Program-made: the position numbers and the translations under genes
The notes under the pieces: model-generated
The model's database searches: none
What the model was told of the DNA's origin: nothing
What the model saw: the letters and a program-made list of their open reading frames with translations, nothing else
DNA from: Candidatus Fermentibacteraceae bacterium
Lineage (GTDB): Bacteria; Fermentibacterota; Fermentibacteria; Fermentibacterales; JCC-6
DNA length: 64,000 bases
Reading direction: 5' to 3'
Assembly (NCBI GenBank): GCA_041750285.1
Contig: JBGSZS010000021.1
Coordinates: 1 to 64,000, forward strand
Shown here: positions 18,257 to 29,309 of the stretch, in pieces
How the letters are laid out: each line of letters starts with the position of its first letter
How positions within the stretch are numbered: position 1 is the first letter of the stretch

Positions 18257-20009
18257 GAGAATACAGGTGTGGCGCGACAACTGCGGGTGGATATTCCGCT
18301 ATTGGAAGCCCGTTCGGAAATACCTCGTGCTGCTTTTCTTCTTCACCCTTCTCTCCAGCGCCGTGGCATTGGGCTTTCCCCTGGTATTCCGCTATCTGCT
18401 TGACAACGTCGGGGTGGTTCTGGGCACACCTCAGAGCTCGCAGTTCACAAAGATCATCCTTGTACTTGCGGGGCTCGCTGTGGCAAGGCTTCTCGCAGGC
18501 TTCTACCCCGGCGCAAGGGGCATCATCAACAGCGTGATAGGGCTCGGGGTGAGGGACGATGTGTTCCGCTCCATAATGCGCAAGGACTGGAGGTTTTTCA
18601 ACGCCTTCAGACCGGGCGACCTGACCACCAGGCTCACCGAGGACATCACGGAGTACCCCCGGATCGCGTGGTTCGCGTGCAGCGCATTCTTCCGAGCCCT
18701 CGAATCGGCGTCGCGGCTTCTGTTCTGCCTCGGGGTGATGCTTTTCATGAGCTGGAAACTGTCCATACTGGCCCTGGCTCCGCTTCCGGTGATGCTTTTC
18801 ATCTTCTACACGGTGGAACACCGGATCGGTAAAAGGGTGGAGGAGAGCCGCAAAGCCACAAGCCACACCAACGATCTACTGGACAGCACTTTCGACGGGA
18901 TAGCCATAGTCAAGGCCTACCGGGCGGAAAGACCCCTGGCAACAAGGCTTCACCGGCTTCTGAACCAGAGGTTCGAGATAGACCTTTCGCTCACCAGGCT
19001 GGAGATGATCATTCACGGCGTCTACAGCATGATCGGGCAGGTGGGCAAGGTCACCGTGATGCTGGCCGGGGGACTGATGGTGATCCGCGGCAGCATAGGT
19101 CTGGGAGACTTCTACGCCTTCTATGTCTACCTCGACATGCTTCTGGCACCCATGATGGACATCCCGAATCTCTTTGTCGCAAGCCGCCAGGCATTCGTGT
19201 CTGTCGAGAGGGAGAGGGAGATACAGGATTTCCCCGAAAAGACCGAAAACCTCGATACACTGAAGCTGGAGAAGGTTGAAGAGATCGCCCTGACAGGCGC
19301 CGGTTTTCAGTACGAAGGCAGCGGGGGGGTCTCGGGGGTCACACTCACGGCAACCGCTCCGGCCGTCATCGCCGTGGTGGGTGAGGTCGGGGCGGGCAAA
19401 AGCACTCTTCTGAAGATCCTTGCAGGGCTGCTTCCCGTCACTTCCGGTCAGGTCCTCGTCAACGGCATCCCGAGGGAGAACGTGGACCTCAGGGAAACGA
19501 TCGGCTTTGTACCTCAGGAATCACTGCTTCTTGGAGAGAGCGTGACCGACAACGTCAGATTCGGAAGGGAAAGGCTTCGGGACAGTGACCTTGAGCAGGC
19601 TCTCGCCGATGCCGGGGTCAGGCCCGATGAGTTTCAGGGCGACAAGATGCTCGGGCAGAGGGGAACCGGTGCAAGCGGCGGACAGCGCCAGAGGGTTGCC
19701 ATCGCGCGTGCCCTTGCGGGAAACCCGTCTCTTCTCCTTCTTGATGACTGCACGGCAGCGCTCGACGCCGGCAAGGAGGCCGAATTCTGGAGCCGGTTCA
19801 GGGAGGGCGACCACGGAGTGCTGGCGTTCGTTGTGACCCACAGGGAGGCTACTGTCAGGCAGAGCGATATGGTTATCTTCATTCACAGGGGAAGGCATGT
19901 CGCAACGGGAACCCACAGAGACCTCCTTGCCGGAAACAGCGAATACGCCGGTGTGATAAGGGGCATGGAAATACTAAGAGCTGAAGGGATTGACCATGAG
20001 CAGCCATGA
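18249..20009 (+). CDS. ABC exporter half-transporter (MdlA/BmrC-like, degenerate Walker B)
   Basis: GEVGAGKST, SGGQRQR, LLLDDCT (catalytic E replaced by D); GTG 18249 behind GGAGGTGA (alternative 18240). Confidence 0.9.
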   Translation: MRERIQVWRDNCGWIFRYWKPVRKYLVLLFFFTLLSSAVALGFPLVFRYLLDNVGVVLGTPQSSQFTKIILVLAGLAVARLLAGFYPGARGIINSVIGLGVRDDVFRSIMRKDWRFFNAFRPGDLTTRLTEDITEYPRIAWFACSAFFRALESASRLLFCLGVMLFMSWKLSILALAPLPVMLFIFYTVEHRIGKRVEESRKATSHTNDLLDSTFDGIAIVKAYRAERPLATRLHRLLNQRFEIDLSLTRLEMIIHGVYSMIGQVGKVTVMLAGGLMVIRGSIGLGDFYAFYVYLDMLLAPMMDIPNLFVASRQAFVSVEREREIQDFPEKTENLDTLKLEKVEEIALTGAGFQYEGSGGVSGVTLTATAPAVIAVVGEVGAGKSTLLKILAGLLPVTSGQVLVNGIPRENVDLRETIGFVPQESLLLGESVTDNVRFGRERLRDSDLEQALADAGVRPDEFQGDKMLGQRGTGASGGQRQRVAIARALAGNPSLLLLDDCTAALDAGKEAEFWSRFREGDHGVLAFVVTHREATVRQSDMVIFIHRGRHVATGTHRDLLAGNSEYAGVIRGMEILRAEGIDHEQP

Positions 20010-21930
20010 TTCTCAACGGGATGTCCGGTTCCAGGATTTCATACACGACACAACGGAAAGGGTCGGTTACGCTCAGATCCTTTCGGGCGAACTGAAGACG
20101 GGACTGACCCTTGAGCGGCTGCGGGAGGTCAACGGGTACTGGTACGGCCCACTGGGCGCTGAGGCTTATGAGCGCGACTACGCTAATCCGGATCTCGCCG
20201 CAGAGGTCTTCGGCCTGACCCTTGGCCAGCACCTTTCCGCGTTCCGATACGATGCGTTCGGTCTTCTTTCGGCAGCGATACACGGTGAGACCGGTATCAT
20301 CGCCCGTTGCCGGGAAGCGCTGGACAAACTTTCGAAAGCCGGTCCAGACGGCGCGGAAGCCGTTATCCGCGACTACTACAGGTCACCGGACAGGGACCAG
20401 ATCAGGGGAATGCTCCGCCGAAGGTTCGACCCCCGCGAAAACGTTCTGGGAGATCGTCTTGCAACCGCACACGGCGACGATCTGTCGTTCCTCTTCCTGC
20501 ACGGCATGAAGGTGGACCGGGTTCACGAGGAGATGGCCTCGTTTCTTTTCGGCCTTCCCGAGACCGACCTAAGGGACATCGGAGACACCCTGGCCGACGC
20601 ATACAGCCTCGGGCTCAGGGAGGAGGGTAAGGACTCGTTCAAGAACCGCAACGTGGTCACCGTCATCCTGCCCATGGGGGGCGAGGCCCTTTACCGGCAC
20701 ATCCGCGCAAGTTTCGAGAGGGTGGGGCTGCTCGCCCATGCGGCCCCGGTGCACAGAACACCGTCAAACAGACAGGCGAACTACGATCACCGTTTCAAGT
20801 ACGCCCTTTATCTCGACCAGAACACCGTTGACAGCCAGATCGCAACGAGGAGGGAGGTTTTCGACGAAATGTCGGCCGTCCTCCATGCCTATTCGGGAGT
20901 GGCCCATGTGGGGCTTTTCGGAGAAAAGCCGTTCAGTCCGTCGCCCAGAAAGTCCATGATCCGCGCCGACCGTGAGATGAGCGCGCTTTACAACAGGTTC
21001 ACCCAGCTTGGGGTTGCCCTGCAGCAGACCCATCTGCCACGTCACGAAACAAGCTTCTGCATGATCTCTTTCCCTTCACCCGAGATCGGCACGGCATTCC
21101 ACGAGATCTTCCGTGACTGTGTGAAGGTCAACACGCTGCCCAACAGCGAATACCGCCCGATTCAGGCTGCGATCATCGACGCAATGGACGGCGCCGCGAA
21201 AGTGAGGGTGCTCGGGGCTCCCGGGAACGACACCGACATCACGGTGGTCCTTCACCCCCTTGCCGACCCGGAGAAGGAAACCGCCTTCGAGAACTGCCTT
21301 GCTTCAGTGAACATCCCCCTGGGGGAGGTTTTCACCTCGCCCGTCCTGAAGGGCAGCAACGGTGTGCTTCACGTGAGCGAGGCCTTTCTGGACGGGCTCA
21401 GGTACAGCGACCTGAGGATGGTCTTCCGCGATGGCGAAGCGGTTGAATGGTCGTGCTCGAACTTCGATGACCCCGAAAAGGGCAGGGAATACATCAGAGA
21501 GAACATTTTCTACCCCCACGAAAGCCTTCCCCTGGGGGAATTCGCCATCGGCACCAACACAGTGGCCTACGCCATGGGCGTGAAGCATGGCATCATGGGG
21601 CTTCTGCCGGTGCTGATCCTGGAAAAGACCGGCCCGCATTTCGCCGTGGGTGACACATGCTACAGCCGCGAGGAAGACCAGGAACTTCTCGATCCCGACA
21701 CCGGAAAACGACTCGTCGCAGTTGAGAACCAGCGCTCGGCACTGAGGGCCACAGACCCCGACCGTGCCTACACGAACAGACATGTCGACATAACGCTTCC
21801 GTACAGCGGTCTCGACTCCATATGCGCCATACACCCCGATGGACGAGAGGTTTTCCTGATGAAGGGAGGAAGGTTCGTCCTTCCGGGTACGGAAATGCTG
21901 AATCTGCCCCTTGAAGGGCTCGGTGACTGA
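19996..21930 (+). CDS. M29-family (aminopeptidase T-like) metallo-aminopeptidase with N-terminal extension
   Basis: NIPLGEVFTSP, GEFAIGTN, EKTGPHFAVG, HVDIT. Confidence 0.85.
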   Translation: MSSHDSQRDVRFQDFIHDTTERVGYAQILSGELKTGLTLERLREVNGYWYGPLGAEAYERDYANPDLAAEVFGLTLGQHLSAFRYDAFGLLSAAIHGETGIIARCREALDKLSKAGPDGAEAVIRDYYRSPDRDQIRGMLRRRFDPRENVLGDRLATAHGDDLSFLFLHGMKVDRVHEEMASFLFGLPETDLRDIGDTLADAYSLGLREEGKDSFKNRNVVTVILPMGGEALYRHIRASFERVGLLAHAAPVHRTPSNRQANYDHRFKYALYLDQNTVDSQIATRREVFDEMSAVLHAYSGVAHVGLFGEKPFSPSPRKSMIRADREMSALYNRFTQLGVALQQTHLPRHETSFCMISFPSPEIGTAFHEIFRDCVKVNTLPNSEYRPIQAAIIDAMDGAAKVRVLGAPGNDTDITVVLHPLADPEKETAFENCLASVNIPLGEVFTSPVLKGSNGVLHVSEAFLDGLRYSDLRMVFRDGEAVEWSCSNFDDPEKGREYIRENIFYPHESLPLGEFAIGTNTVAYAMGVKHGIMGLLPVLILEKTGPHFAVGDTCYSREEDQELLDPDTGKRLVAVENQRSALRATDPDRAYTNRHVDITLPYSGLDSICAIHPDGREVFLMKGGRFVLPGTEMLNLPLEGLGD

Positions 21931-22825
21931 GGGGACCCGCTGCGGGTTCTGTCCCCGGAACTGTCCGGTCAACCGTGAAGCCGGTGAGACGGGATGGTGC
22001 GGGGCCGGCCCCGCAATGCAGGTGGCCTCTGTCGTCGTGCACACAGGAGAGGAACCGTTCCTCACCGCAGGACACGGCGTTGGGAACGTCTTCTTCAGCC
22101 GCTGCAACATGGCCTGCGTATTCTGCCAGAACCATTCCATAAGCCACGAAAGCCACGGCATCACATACGGTCCCGGGGAGCTGGCCGACAGGCTTCTCGA
22201 GCTTCAGGAGCAGGGCTGTCCCACTGTCGGGTTCGTCTCACCCACCCACTACCTTGCACAGGCTCGTGAGACCATCGTCGCAGCAAGGAACAGGGGGCTT
22301 TCCGTTCCCGTGATCTGGAACAGCAACGCCTACGAATCAGTCCCGGCCCTTCGGACGCTCGATGGTCTGGTGGACATCTACCTGCCCGACCTGAAGTACT
22401 CCGATGACGGTTGCGCGCTGGAGTACTCTTCGGCGCCCGGTTACGCTGCGGCGTCACGGGCCGCCGTCATGGAGATGTACAGACAGGTTGGCGTTCTGAG
22501 GATAGAGGAAGGCCTGGCAAGGAAGGGCCTCTGCGTAAGGCATCTCGTCCTTCCCAATGGCATATCCGGCACTGATGAGGTACTCGGCTTCGTTGCGGGC
22601 ATCTCACGGGAGATAACGGTGAGCCTTATGAGCCAGTACAACCCCCTTTTCAGGGCAGGGGAGCATCCACTGCTTTCAAGAAGGCTCCGGCAGTCCGAGT
22701 ACTGGCGCGCGGTCGAGACGGCTGAGGCACTGGGCCTGTCCAACACGCTCATCCAGGACCCTGAAACAAGCCCTGAAACACTCATCCCCGATTTCGGAAG
22801 GGAGAACCCCTTCGAACACCAATGA
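21923..22825 (+). CDS. Radical SAM protein, PflX family
   Basis: CGFCPRNCPVNR, CNMACVFCQN, VSPTH, DIYLPDLKY, VRHLVLP, MSQYNP. Confidence 0.88.
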   Translation: MTEGTRCGFCPRNCPVNREAGETGWCGAGPAMQVASVVVHTGEEPFLTAGHGVGNVFFSRCNMACVFCQNHSISHESHGITYGPGELADRLLELQEQGCPTVGFVSPTHYLAQARETIVAARNRGLSVPVIWNSNAYESVPALRTLDGLVDIYLPDLKYSDDGCALEYSSAPGYAAASRAAVMEMYRQVGVLRIEEGLARKGLCVRHLVLPNGISGTDEVLGFVAGISREITVSLMSQYNPLFRAGEHPLLSRRLRQSEYWRAVETAEALGLSNTLIQDPETSPETLIPDFGRENPFEHQ

Positions 22826-23733
22826 AACGAACACTGCTCACGGGCCTTGACATCTGGAAGAAAAAGGGGCTTTTCTGGCCGGTAAAGCTCATTGCGAGGG
22901 CTTCGCATAACACATTGCACCATCTTCCCCGCGGCCTCATGGTCGAGGCGACCCAGAGGTGTACAGGGAACTGCACGGGCTGCAAGCCAACAACCGATCC
23001 CGTTGATCTCAAGCCGGAGATTCTCTCAGCATGGCTTGCGTGCCGTCCATGCAGCCCCGTCACCATGCACTTCTCCGGCAGGCACTCCGACCCACTGGCG
23101 GCACCGGAGCTTTCAAAACTCGTTGCCATTGCTGGAAAGAACAGCTCAATGGTCTCGGTGAGCACAATAGGCCTGGGGTTCCAGCCCGGTCACGAAGGGC
23201 TCAAGGTGGACCGATGGATATTCTCGCTTCCCGCTGCAACGGGTCCATCCTGGGAAGCGATAAGGGGCCGGGATCGCATGACCGAGGCACTCCGTGCGGT
23301 CCGCACGGTGAAGAGCGCCGGAAATTCCATGGTGGAGCTCGTCCTGACGGTCTGGAGGCAGTCCGCCGGTGACCTCAATGCCTTCAGAGTCCTGGCTGAG
23401 AGCATCCGGGCGGACAGCGCAAAGGCAGTGTTCGGCCGCTTCGACCCCGAAGGCTTTCATGTGGGGCGAACGGAAAACCTCGCCCTCGACTCTCCGGAGA
23501 GCCCTTACGTGCTGGACGGGACGGGCACCCCCGTACTTGAACGCGAACCCGCGGGCTGCCCCCTGGCGGGGTGCCTGTTCCTCGATGCCGAAGGCGTTCT
23601 CAGACCATGCCCCTTCACCGGTGACGACGCCCCATTCGAAAGCACGGCATCAGCGGCGGCATGGAAAAACACCCGTGAATGGAGGGCTCTGAAGAACGGA
23701 AGGTCTTTCAGCGCCTGCAGGTACTGCTGTTAA
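22822..23733 (+). CDS. Divergent radical SAM protein with SPASM/Twitch-like C-terminus
   Basis: EATQRCTGNCTGC (CxxxCxxC), SG..SDPL, C...LFLDAEG..RPC, terminal CRYCC; ATGA-coupled. Confidence 0.65.
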   Translation: MKRTLLTGLDIWKKKGLFWPVKLIARASHNTLHHLPRGLMVEATQRCTGNCTGCKPTTDPVDLKPEILSAWLACRPCSPVTMHFSGRHSDPLAAPELSKLVAIAGKNSSMVSVSTIGLGFQPGHEGLKVDRWIFSLPAATGPSWEAIRGRDRMTEALRAVRTVKSAGNSMVELVLTVWRQSAGDLNAFRVLAESIRADSAKAVFGRFDPEGFHVGRTENLALDSPESPYVLDGTGTPVLEREPAGCPLAGCLFLDAEGVLRPCPFTGDDAPFESTASAAAWKNTREWRALKNGRSFSACRYCC

Positions 23734-23811
23734 GCATGGTTATCCCGTCTTTGACTTGGGATTATGGACCCCGTATCTTTATTCCGCAATCAAACGACTG
23801 CGGGGGAAGTC

Positions 23812-25488
23812 ATGTCATCGAGACAGCTCTGGTTTATCTTCAGTTCAGCAGTTCTTTTCCTTGCTGCAGTGGTCGGATTCCCGGGCTGCGGCGACAGCCC
23901 TTCAGAACCGGGCCTTCCCGATTTCCTCCTGAAATCAATCGTTTTCACGGGAGACTCCATTGGTGACGCCCGCGCTGCAGCGGTTCCTGCGGTTGCAACA
24001 GCAAACGCTGCAAAGGGAGAACCCTACTGCGAGGTGACCGTTTCGTGGGCACCCCCATATCACCAGAGGGTCGTCTGCTACTCCGTTCACAGGGCTCTCA
24101 GCCCCGGCATACCGACGGGAGGCGTTGACTATAGAACCCTGGGAACCACCTCTATGCTGAGTTTTCCCGATTCCGATTCCCTGTCCTGGGGCACGGAATA
24201 CTACTACGCCGTCAGCGCACTTCTAGCCGATTCGACTGTTCTGTGGAGTGACGAGCAACCGTTCACAACACCCACCACCGATTACCCTGTACCGTCAATC
24301 CTTGCGGTGGATGACCTTCTGCTCGGGCAGTGCCTGCTGCACTGGTCGCCCTGCCCAGACATCGACTTCTCAAGCTACACGGTTACCGTTCGTTTGGGTC
24401 CCTACTCCCCTTCGGACACAATAGGTGTGTTCAATGATGTTAATGATACCCTGCTTGTCGATCTCGCCGATCCCGACTTTGCCCTATACTACCAAGTCAC
24501 GACCACCGATACCGAAGGCCATGCATCGAAAAGCAACATACTGCAGTACACGCATAACGGCGAACTCCCCTGGAGAGTGGGAAGGTTCGCTGAACTATTC
24601 CAGCAGGGTGAGTGCTACCAGATTGGAATGTGGGTTACTTCATACTGTTGCAAATATCTTTACTTTACTGACAGAACATATTGGTATATGTATGATAATT
24701 GGGGTATAAACAAGATAAGTACGGAAAACGGATCGTACAGAAGGCAGACAACCAATGAGCTGAGTTCATTCTGCCATGTATCCAGCCAGAACGGGGTCCT
24801 GATCTCCTACGATGACACGGACGGCATGTACCTGGATCTACTCGATGAGAATACCCTGCACACTGTCAGCTCTCTTCCGGTCGATTTCACCTGTAGCGCC
24901 ATGATAGCCGGCGCATCGGATGCCCGGGTAATCCTCTGGCCCGAGGGCAGCCAGACTTCGCTTGTTCTCGACATGAACAGCATGTCTTTCGTGGACACGC
25001 TGGACTTCACGTTCTGGAACGGACGGGTTCTGGGAAGGTACGGCACCTATATCTGGGGCGGAGCCGAAGGGCTGTGCAGGCTCGACCCGGCGACACTCGA
25101 AATAGACGCAGCGTGCCCGGTCACGGTTGCATGCAACCCTGTAGTTGCATCAAATGGTGATCTGTGGGTCCTGTCAGGTACCTGCGACCTGTACCGCCTG
25201 AACCCGTTCAGTCTTGAAGTGCTCGATTCCCGGCACTTGCCCGACCTGCCCTCACAGACGGTTATTTATGAGGCCTCGGGAGATGTTTTCGCCTACTATC
25301 CCAATCACCCGTATTACCCTGATTCGATGATCGTCATGAACACCGGGGATTTCGGGATAGCAGGTAAAGTTTTCCTCTCACAGGAGATAATGTCTCCACA
25401 GATGATCGTCGCACCAGGGCAGGAACAGGTATGGTGTCTGTTCGCGATAGAGGCACAAAATCCCGGCTACCTAAGCATCGTCAGGTAA
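23812..25488 (+). CDS. Hypothetical lipoprotein (FN3-like repeats plus probable beta-propeller)
   Basis: Hydrophobic signal ending FPG-C; V.VSW...Y.V.R...EYYYAVSA and LHWS...Y...YYQV FN3-like patterns; L.RL[DN]P..LE repeats. Confidence 0.6.
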   Translation: MSSRQLWFIFSSAVLFLAAVVGFPGCGDSPSEPGLPDFLLKSIVFTGDSIGDARAAAVPAVATANAAKGEPYCEVTVSWAPPYHQRVVCYSVHRALSPGIPTGGVDYRTLGTTSMLSFPDSDSLSWGTEYYYAVSALLADSTVLWSDEQPFTTPTTDYPVPSILAVDDLLLGQCLLHWSPCPDIDFSSYTVTVRLGPYSPSDTIGVFNDVNDTLLVDLADPDFALYYQVTTTDTEGHASKSNILQYTHNGELPWRVGRFAELFQQGECYQIGMWVTSYCCKYLYFTDRTYWYMYDNWGINKISTENGSYRRQTTNELSSFCHVSSQNGVLISYDDTDGMYLDLLDENTLHTVSSLPVDFTCSAMIAGASDARVILWPEGSQTSLVLDMNSMSFVDTLDFTFWNGRVLGRYGTYIWGGAEGLCRLDPATLEIDAACPVTVACNPVVASNGDLWVLSGTCDLYRLNPFSLEVLDSRHLPDLPSQTVIYEASGDVFAYYPNHPYYPDSMIVMNTGDFGIAGKVFLSQEIMSPQMIVAPGQEQVWCLFAIEAQNPGYLSIVR

Positions 25489-25491
25489 CGA

Positions 25492-26121
25492 CTAAATACC
25501 CCGCTTCGCGTCGGCCATCTCCTTCACCTTCATTAGCCTCGTGGTGTTGGAGCGGTCCATCTCCGCGAGCTTCAGACGGACCCTCGATATGGCCGACTCG
25601 TAATCGGGTATCAGGACGTACTCGAGAGCGTTCACCCTGCGTCGTGTCGAGTCGATCTCGTGGGCTATGAGGGTAATGGCCTTTTCCTGCTCAGCGAGCC
25701 TGATGATGGCCGGCAGCACCTGCCTGTACACCTCGAGCGCTTCGTCCAGCTCCGGAGGCGTGTCGAAAAGACCGTAGTTGCGAACGACTCCCTCGACGGA
25801 GACGCTGAACACCGGAAGGGTCAGGTTCATCACCCTGCGCATGTCGGTGGTGACCACCGCCCTGGCTCCGGGGTGGGCAAGGGCGTCATCCATGGCTTCA
25901 CGGTGCATGGCGGCACGTGCGAAAAGGAACTGGCCGTATGCCCTGTGCAGTTCCTTCTCGAGTGAGGCCCTGGCGCCGCCATACTCGGCGATGAGCAGCT
26001 TGAACTGGCGCATAAGCTCGTCAAGCTTGTCTTTCAACAGCTTGTGACCCCTCAGGGCGAGTTTCACCCTGCGCTTGAGCTGAAGCAGCTCCATCCTGGT
26101 GGCCCGGACCTGAAGCGCCAT
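25492..26121 (-). CDS. ntpD: V/A-type ATPase subunit D
   Basis: TRMEL, RGHKLLKDK, TRRRVNALEY. Confidence 0.95.
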   Translation of the reverse strand: MALQVRATRMELLQLKRRVKLALRGHKLLKDKLDELMRQFKLLIAEYGGARASLEKELHRAYGQFLFARAAMHREAMDDALAHPGARAVVTTDMRRVMNLTLPVFSVSVEGVVRNYGLFDTPPELDEALEVYRQVLPAIIRLAEQEKAITLIAHEIDSTRRRVNALEYVLIPDYESAISRVRLKLAEMDRSNTTRLMKVKEMADAKRGI

Positions 26122-26122
26122 G

Positions 26123-27511
26123 TCAGGCCTTTTCCTGCGGCCAGTAACGGTCGAGGTATTCGGGCCTGATGCGCTTCATCTCCTCCCTGGGCAGGTGCTT
26201 CAGAAGCTCCCATCCAAGGTTGAGGGTTTCCTCGATACCCCTGTCCTCGTGATCGTCCTGGCTGATGTAGCGTTTCTCGTACTCCTCGGCAAACTCCATG
26301 AACTGCCTGTCCAGAGTGCTCAGCGCCGCCACTCCGAGGATGACAGAAAGCTCCCTGGCCTGCTTGCCTGCAGAGTAGGCCGCCATGAGCTGGTTGAAAA
26401 GATCGGCGTGGTCCTCGCGGGTCTTGTTCTTGCCGATGCCCTTGTCCTTCAGCCTGGAGAGGGATTCCATGACGTCCATGGGGGGGTAGATGCCCTTCTT
26501 GTGCAATTCCCGGTTGAGGATGAGCTGTCCCTCGGTGATGTAGCCCGTGAGGTCGGGAATCGGGTGGGTCTTGTCGTCCTCGGGCATGGTGAGGATGGGG
26601 ATCTGGGTGATGGAACCCTTTCTGCCCTTGATTCGGCCGGCCCTCTCGTAAATCGAGGCGAGGTCGGTGTAGAGGTAGCCCGGGTAACCCCTTCTGCCCG
26701 GAACCTCCTTGCGGGCGGCGCTTATCTCCCTGAGGGCATCGCAGTAGTTGGTCATGTCGGTGAGGATCACGAGGATGTGCATGTCCTTCTCGTAGGCGAG
26801 GTATTCGGCGGCCGTGAGGGCCATCCGGGGAGTGGAGATCCTCTCGATGGCCGGGTCGTCGGCAAGGTTCAGAAAGACAACCGCCCTGTCCATGGCGCCG
26901 GTTGCCTTGAAATCACGGATGAAGTAGTCGGCTTCCTCGAAGGTTATCCCCATCGCCGCGAAAACCACCGCGAAGCTTTCGCCCTTGCCGAGAACCTTTG
27001 CCTGTCTTGCTATCTGTGCCGCCACCTCGCCGTGGGGCAGACCGTTGGCGCTGAAGACAGGGAGCTTCTGTCCGCGGACGAGTGTGTTGATGCCGTCGAT
27101 GCTGCTGAAACCCGTCTGAATGAACTCGGCGGGGTAATCCCTGGCGTAGGGGTTGATGGGCGCGCCGTTGATGTTCACCATCTTCTCGGGGACGATGGGC
27201 GGGGCCGTATCGAACGGGGCGCGGGGCCTGCCCTGCCCGTCGAACACCCTGCCGAGCATCTCCGTGCTCACCCCCAGTTCCACTCCCTTGCCCAGAAAGC
27301 GAACCCGGCACATCTCGAGATCGGTTCCGCTCGAGCCCTCGAAGAGCTGGACAAGAGCCCTTTTCGAGTCGATCTCGAGAACCTTTCCGTGGCGGATCTC
27401 CCCGGATGGAAGTTCTATCTCCACCAGCTCCTCAAAACTGACATCCGTTACCCCGTCCACCAGCATCAGTGGCCCGGAGATCTCAACTGTTGTGGTGTAT
27501 TCCTTGATCAT
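26123..27511 (-). CDS. ntpB: V/A-type ATPase subunit B
   Basis: [44 protein letters not shown]. Confidence 0.97.
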   Translation of the reverse strand: MIKEYTTTVEISGPLMLVDGVTDVSFEELVEIELPSGEIRHGKVLEIDSKRALVQLFEGSSGTDLEMCRVRFLGKGVELGVSTEMLGRVFDGQGRPRAPFDTAPPIVPEKMVNINGAPINPYARDYPAEFIQTGFSSIDGINTLVRGQKLPVFSANGLPHGEVAAQIARQAKVLGKGESFAVVFAAMGITFEEADYFIRDFKATGAMDRAVVFLNLADDPAIERISTPRMALTAAEYLAYEKDMHILVILTDMTNYCDALREISAARKEVPGRRGYPGYLYTDLASIYERAGRIKGRKGSITQIPILTMPEDDKTHPIPDLTGYITEGQLILNRELHKKGIYPPMDVMESLSRLKDKGIGKNKTREDHADLFNQLMAAYSAGKQARELSVILGVAALSTLDRQFMEFAEEYEKRYISQDDHEDRGIEETLNLGWELLKHLPREEMKRIRPEYLDRYWPQEKA

Positions 27512-27525
27512 GTCGTCACCTCCGG

Positions 27526-29295
27526 TTACAGACCGGCCTTCTCCACCATGGAGTCAAGCTCTGCGGTGATAAGGTCCTTAAGCTCGTTGATCGCTGAAAT
27601 GTGCTCTTCGGGAAGGTAGCGCATTCCCGCCACCTTCTCCTTCAGGGGGAAGGCGAAAAGGTCACGGGGCGCAACGCCGGATTTCAGCGCGCGGCCCATG
27701 CCGTCGTGGGTGTGCATTATTACCTCGAGCATGGCTTTCTGCTTGTCGATGGAAGCGTAGGTGTCCACCGGGTGGAAGGCGTTCTGGTGAAGGAAGTCCT
27801 CGCGGATCGAGCGGCTTGTGTAGAGAACGAGCTGATCCTCCGGAGAAAGTGATTCGGCCCCGACCAGCCTCGCGATTTCCTGAAGGTTCGCCTCTTCCTG
27901 GAGAAGGGCCATCGACCTTGTGACCATCTTGACCCATCCCGCGCCAAGGGTCTCGTCGTAGTATCCCCTGAGGTTGCGAATGTAGAGGGAGTAGCTGTCC
28001 AGCCATCCGATGGCGGGAAAGTGGCGCATGTATGCCAGGTTCGCCTGCAGGCTCCAGAAAACCTTCACCACCCTGAGCGTTGCCTGGACGACGGGGTCGG
28101 ACAGGTCGCCTCCCGCCGGGCTGACTGCGCCGACCACCGTCAGAGCTCCGCTTCGGCCCTGGCCCCCGAGGCACTCGACCTTGCCCGCACGTTCATAGAA
28201 CTCCGCGATCCGTGTGCCGAGGTAGGCGGGGTAACCCTCTTCGCCGGGCATTTCCTCGAGCCTGCCGCTCATCTCCCTCATGGCTTCCGCCCAGCGGCTC
28301 GTCGAATCGGCCATCAGAGCCACCGAGTAGCCCATGTCACGGAAATACTCGGCAATCGTAATGCCTGTGTACACGCTGGCTTCCCGGGCGGCCACCGGCA
28401 TGTTGGACGTGTTGGCCACAAGGACCGTCTTGAGGATGAGGGGCTTGCCGCTCTTGGGGTCCTCGAGTTCAGGGAACTCCTGAAGCACGTCGGTCATCTC
28501 GTTGCCGCGCTCTCCGCAGCCCACGTAGACAACGATCTCGGAATCGGCCCACTTGGCGAGCTGGTGCTGGATGACCGTCTTGCCGCTCCCGAACGGCCCG
28601 GGGACACAGGCGGTCCCCCCCTTGCCAACGGGGAAGAAGGCGTCCACGACCCTCTGGCCTGTGATCAGGGGCTCGTTGGGCGCAAGTTTGGTCGCAATTG
28701 GTCTTGGTTTCCTGACCGGCCACTTCTGAAGCATTGCGAGGCTGCGAGTGGTGCCGTCGGCCAGTTTCACCCTTGCCACGTCCTCGTCTATCGTGTATTC
28801 GCCGGCCTCGGCGACCCATTCCACCTCGCCCGCCGTGCCCGGCGGAACCATCACCCTGTGCCGGATCAGCTCCGTCTCCTGGACCGATCCGATCACCTCG
28901 CCTCCGGTCACTGCAGTCCCGGGGTCGAGTTCCGGGGTGAAGCCCCACTTCTTTTCGTGATCGAGGCCAGGAATGTTGATCCCGCGGCCAATCCAGTCTC
29001 CGGCCTGTTCCCGCACCTTGTCAAGCGGTCGCTGTATGCCGTCGTAGATGGAGGTGAGAAGGCCCGGTCCGAGCTCGACGGAGAGGGGAAGACCCGTTTC
29101 GTACACGGGATCACCGGGTTTCAGCCCGGCAGTTTCCTCGTAGACCTGAATGCTCGCCCTGTCCCCCTTGAGCTCTATGATCTCACCTATCAGCCGGTAG
29201 TCGGAAACGTAGACCACGTCGTACATCCTGGCCTCGGTCATTCCCGTGGCCACCACCAAAGGTCCGGCTATCTTGTCAATCCTTCCGTGATGCAT
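27526..29295 (-). CDS. ntpA: V/A-type ATPase subunit A
   Basis: [45 protein letters not shown]. Confidence 0.97.
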   Translation of the reverse strand: MHHGRIDKIAGPLVVATGMTEARMYDVVYVSDYRLIGEIIELKGDRASIQVYEETAGLKPGDPVYETGLPLSVELGPGLLTSIYDGIQRPLDKVREQAGDWIGRGINIPGLDHEKKWGFTPELDPGTAVTGGEVIGSVQETELIRHRVMVPPGTAGEVEWVAEAGEYTIDEDVARVKLADGTTRSLAMLQKWPVRKPRPIATKLAPNEPLITGQRVVDAFFPVGKGGTACVPGPFGSGKTVIQHQLAKWADSEIVVYVGCGERGNEMTDVLQEFPELEDPKSGKPLILKTVLVANTSNMPVAAREASVYTGITIAEYFRDMGYSVALMADSTSRWAEAMREMSGRLEEMPGEEGYPAYLGTRIAEFYERAGKVECLGGQGRSGALTVVGAVSPAGGDLSDPVVQATLRVVKVFWSLQANLAYMRHFPAIGWLDSYSLYIRNLRGYYDETLGAGWVKMVTRSMALLQEEANLQEIARLVGAESLSPEDQLVLYTSRSIREDFLHQNAFHPVDTYASIDKQKAMLEVIMHTHDGMGRALKSGVAPRDLFAFPLKEKVAGMRYLPEEHISAINELKDLITAELDSMVEKAGL

Positions 29296-29309
29296 TCGGC
29301 TTCCTCCGG

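Noticed and set aside
21366..21381. TGCTTCACGTGAGCGA as a third parS
   Set aside because: Four mismatches to the consensus, with the right arm largely lost.
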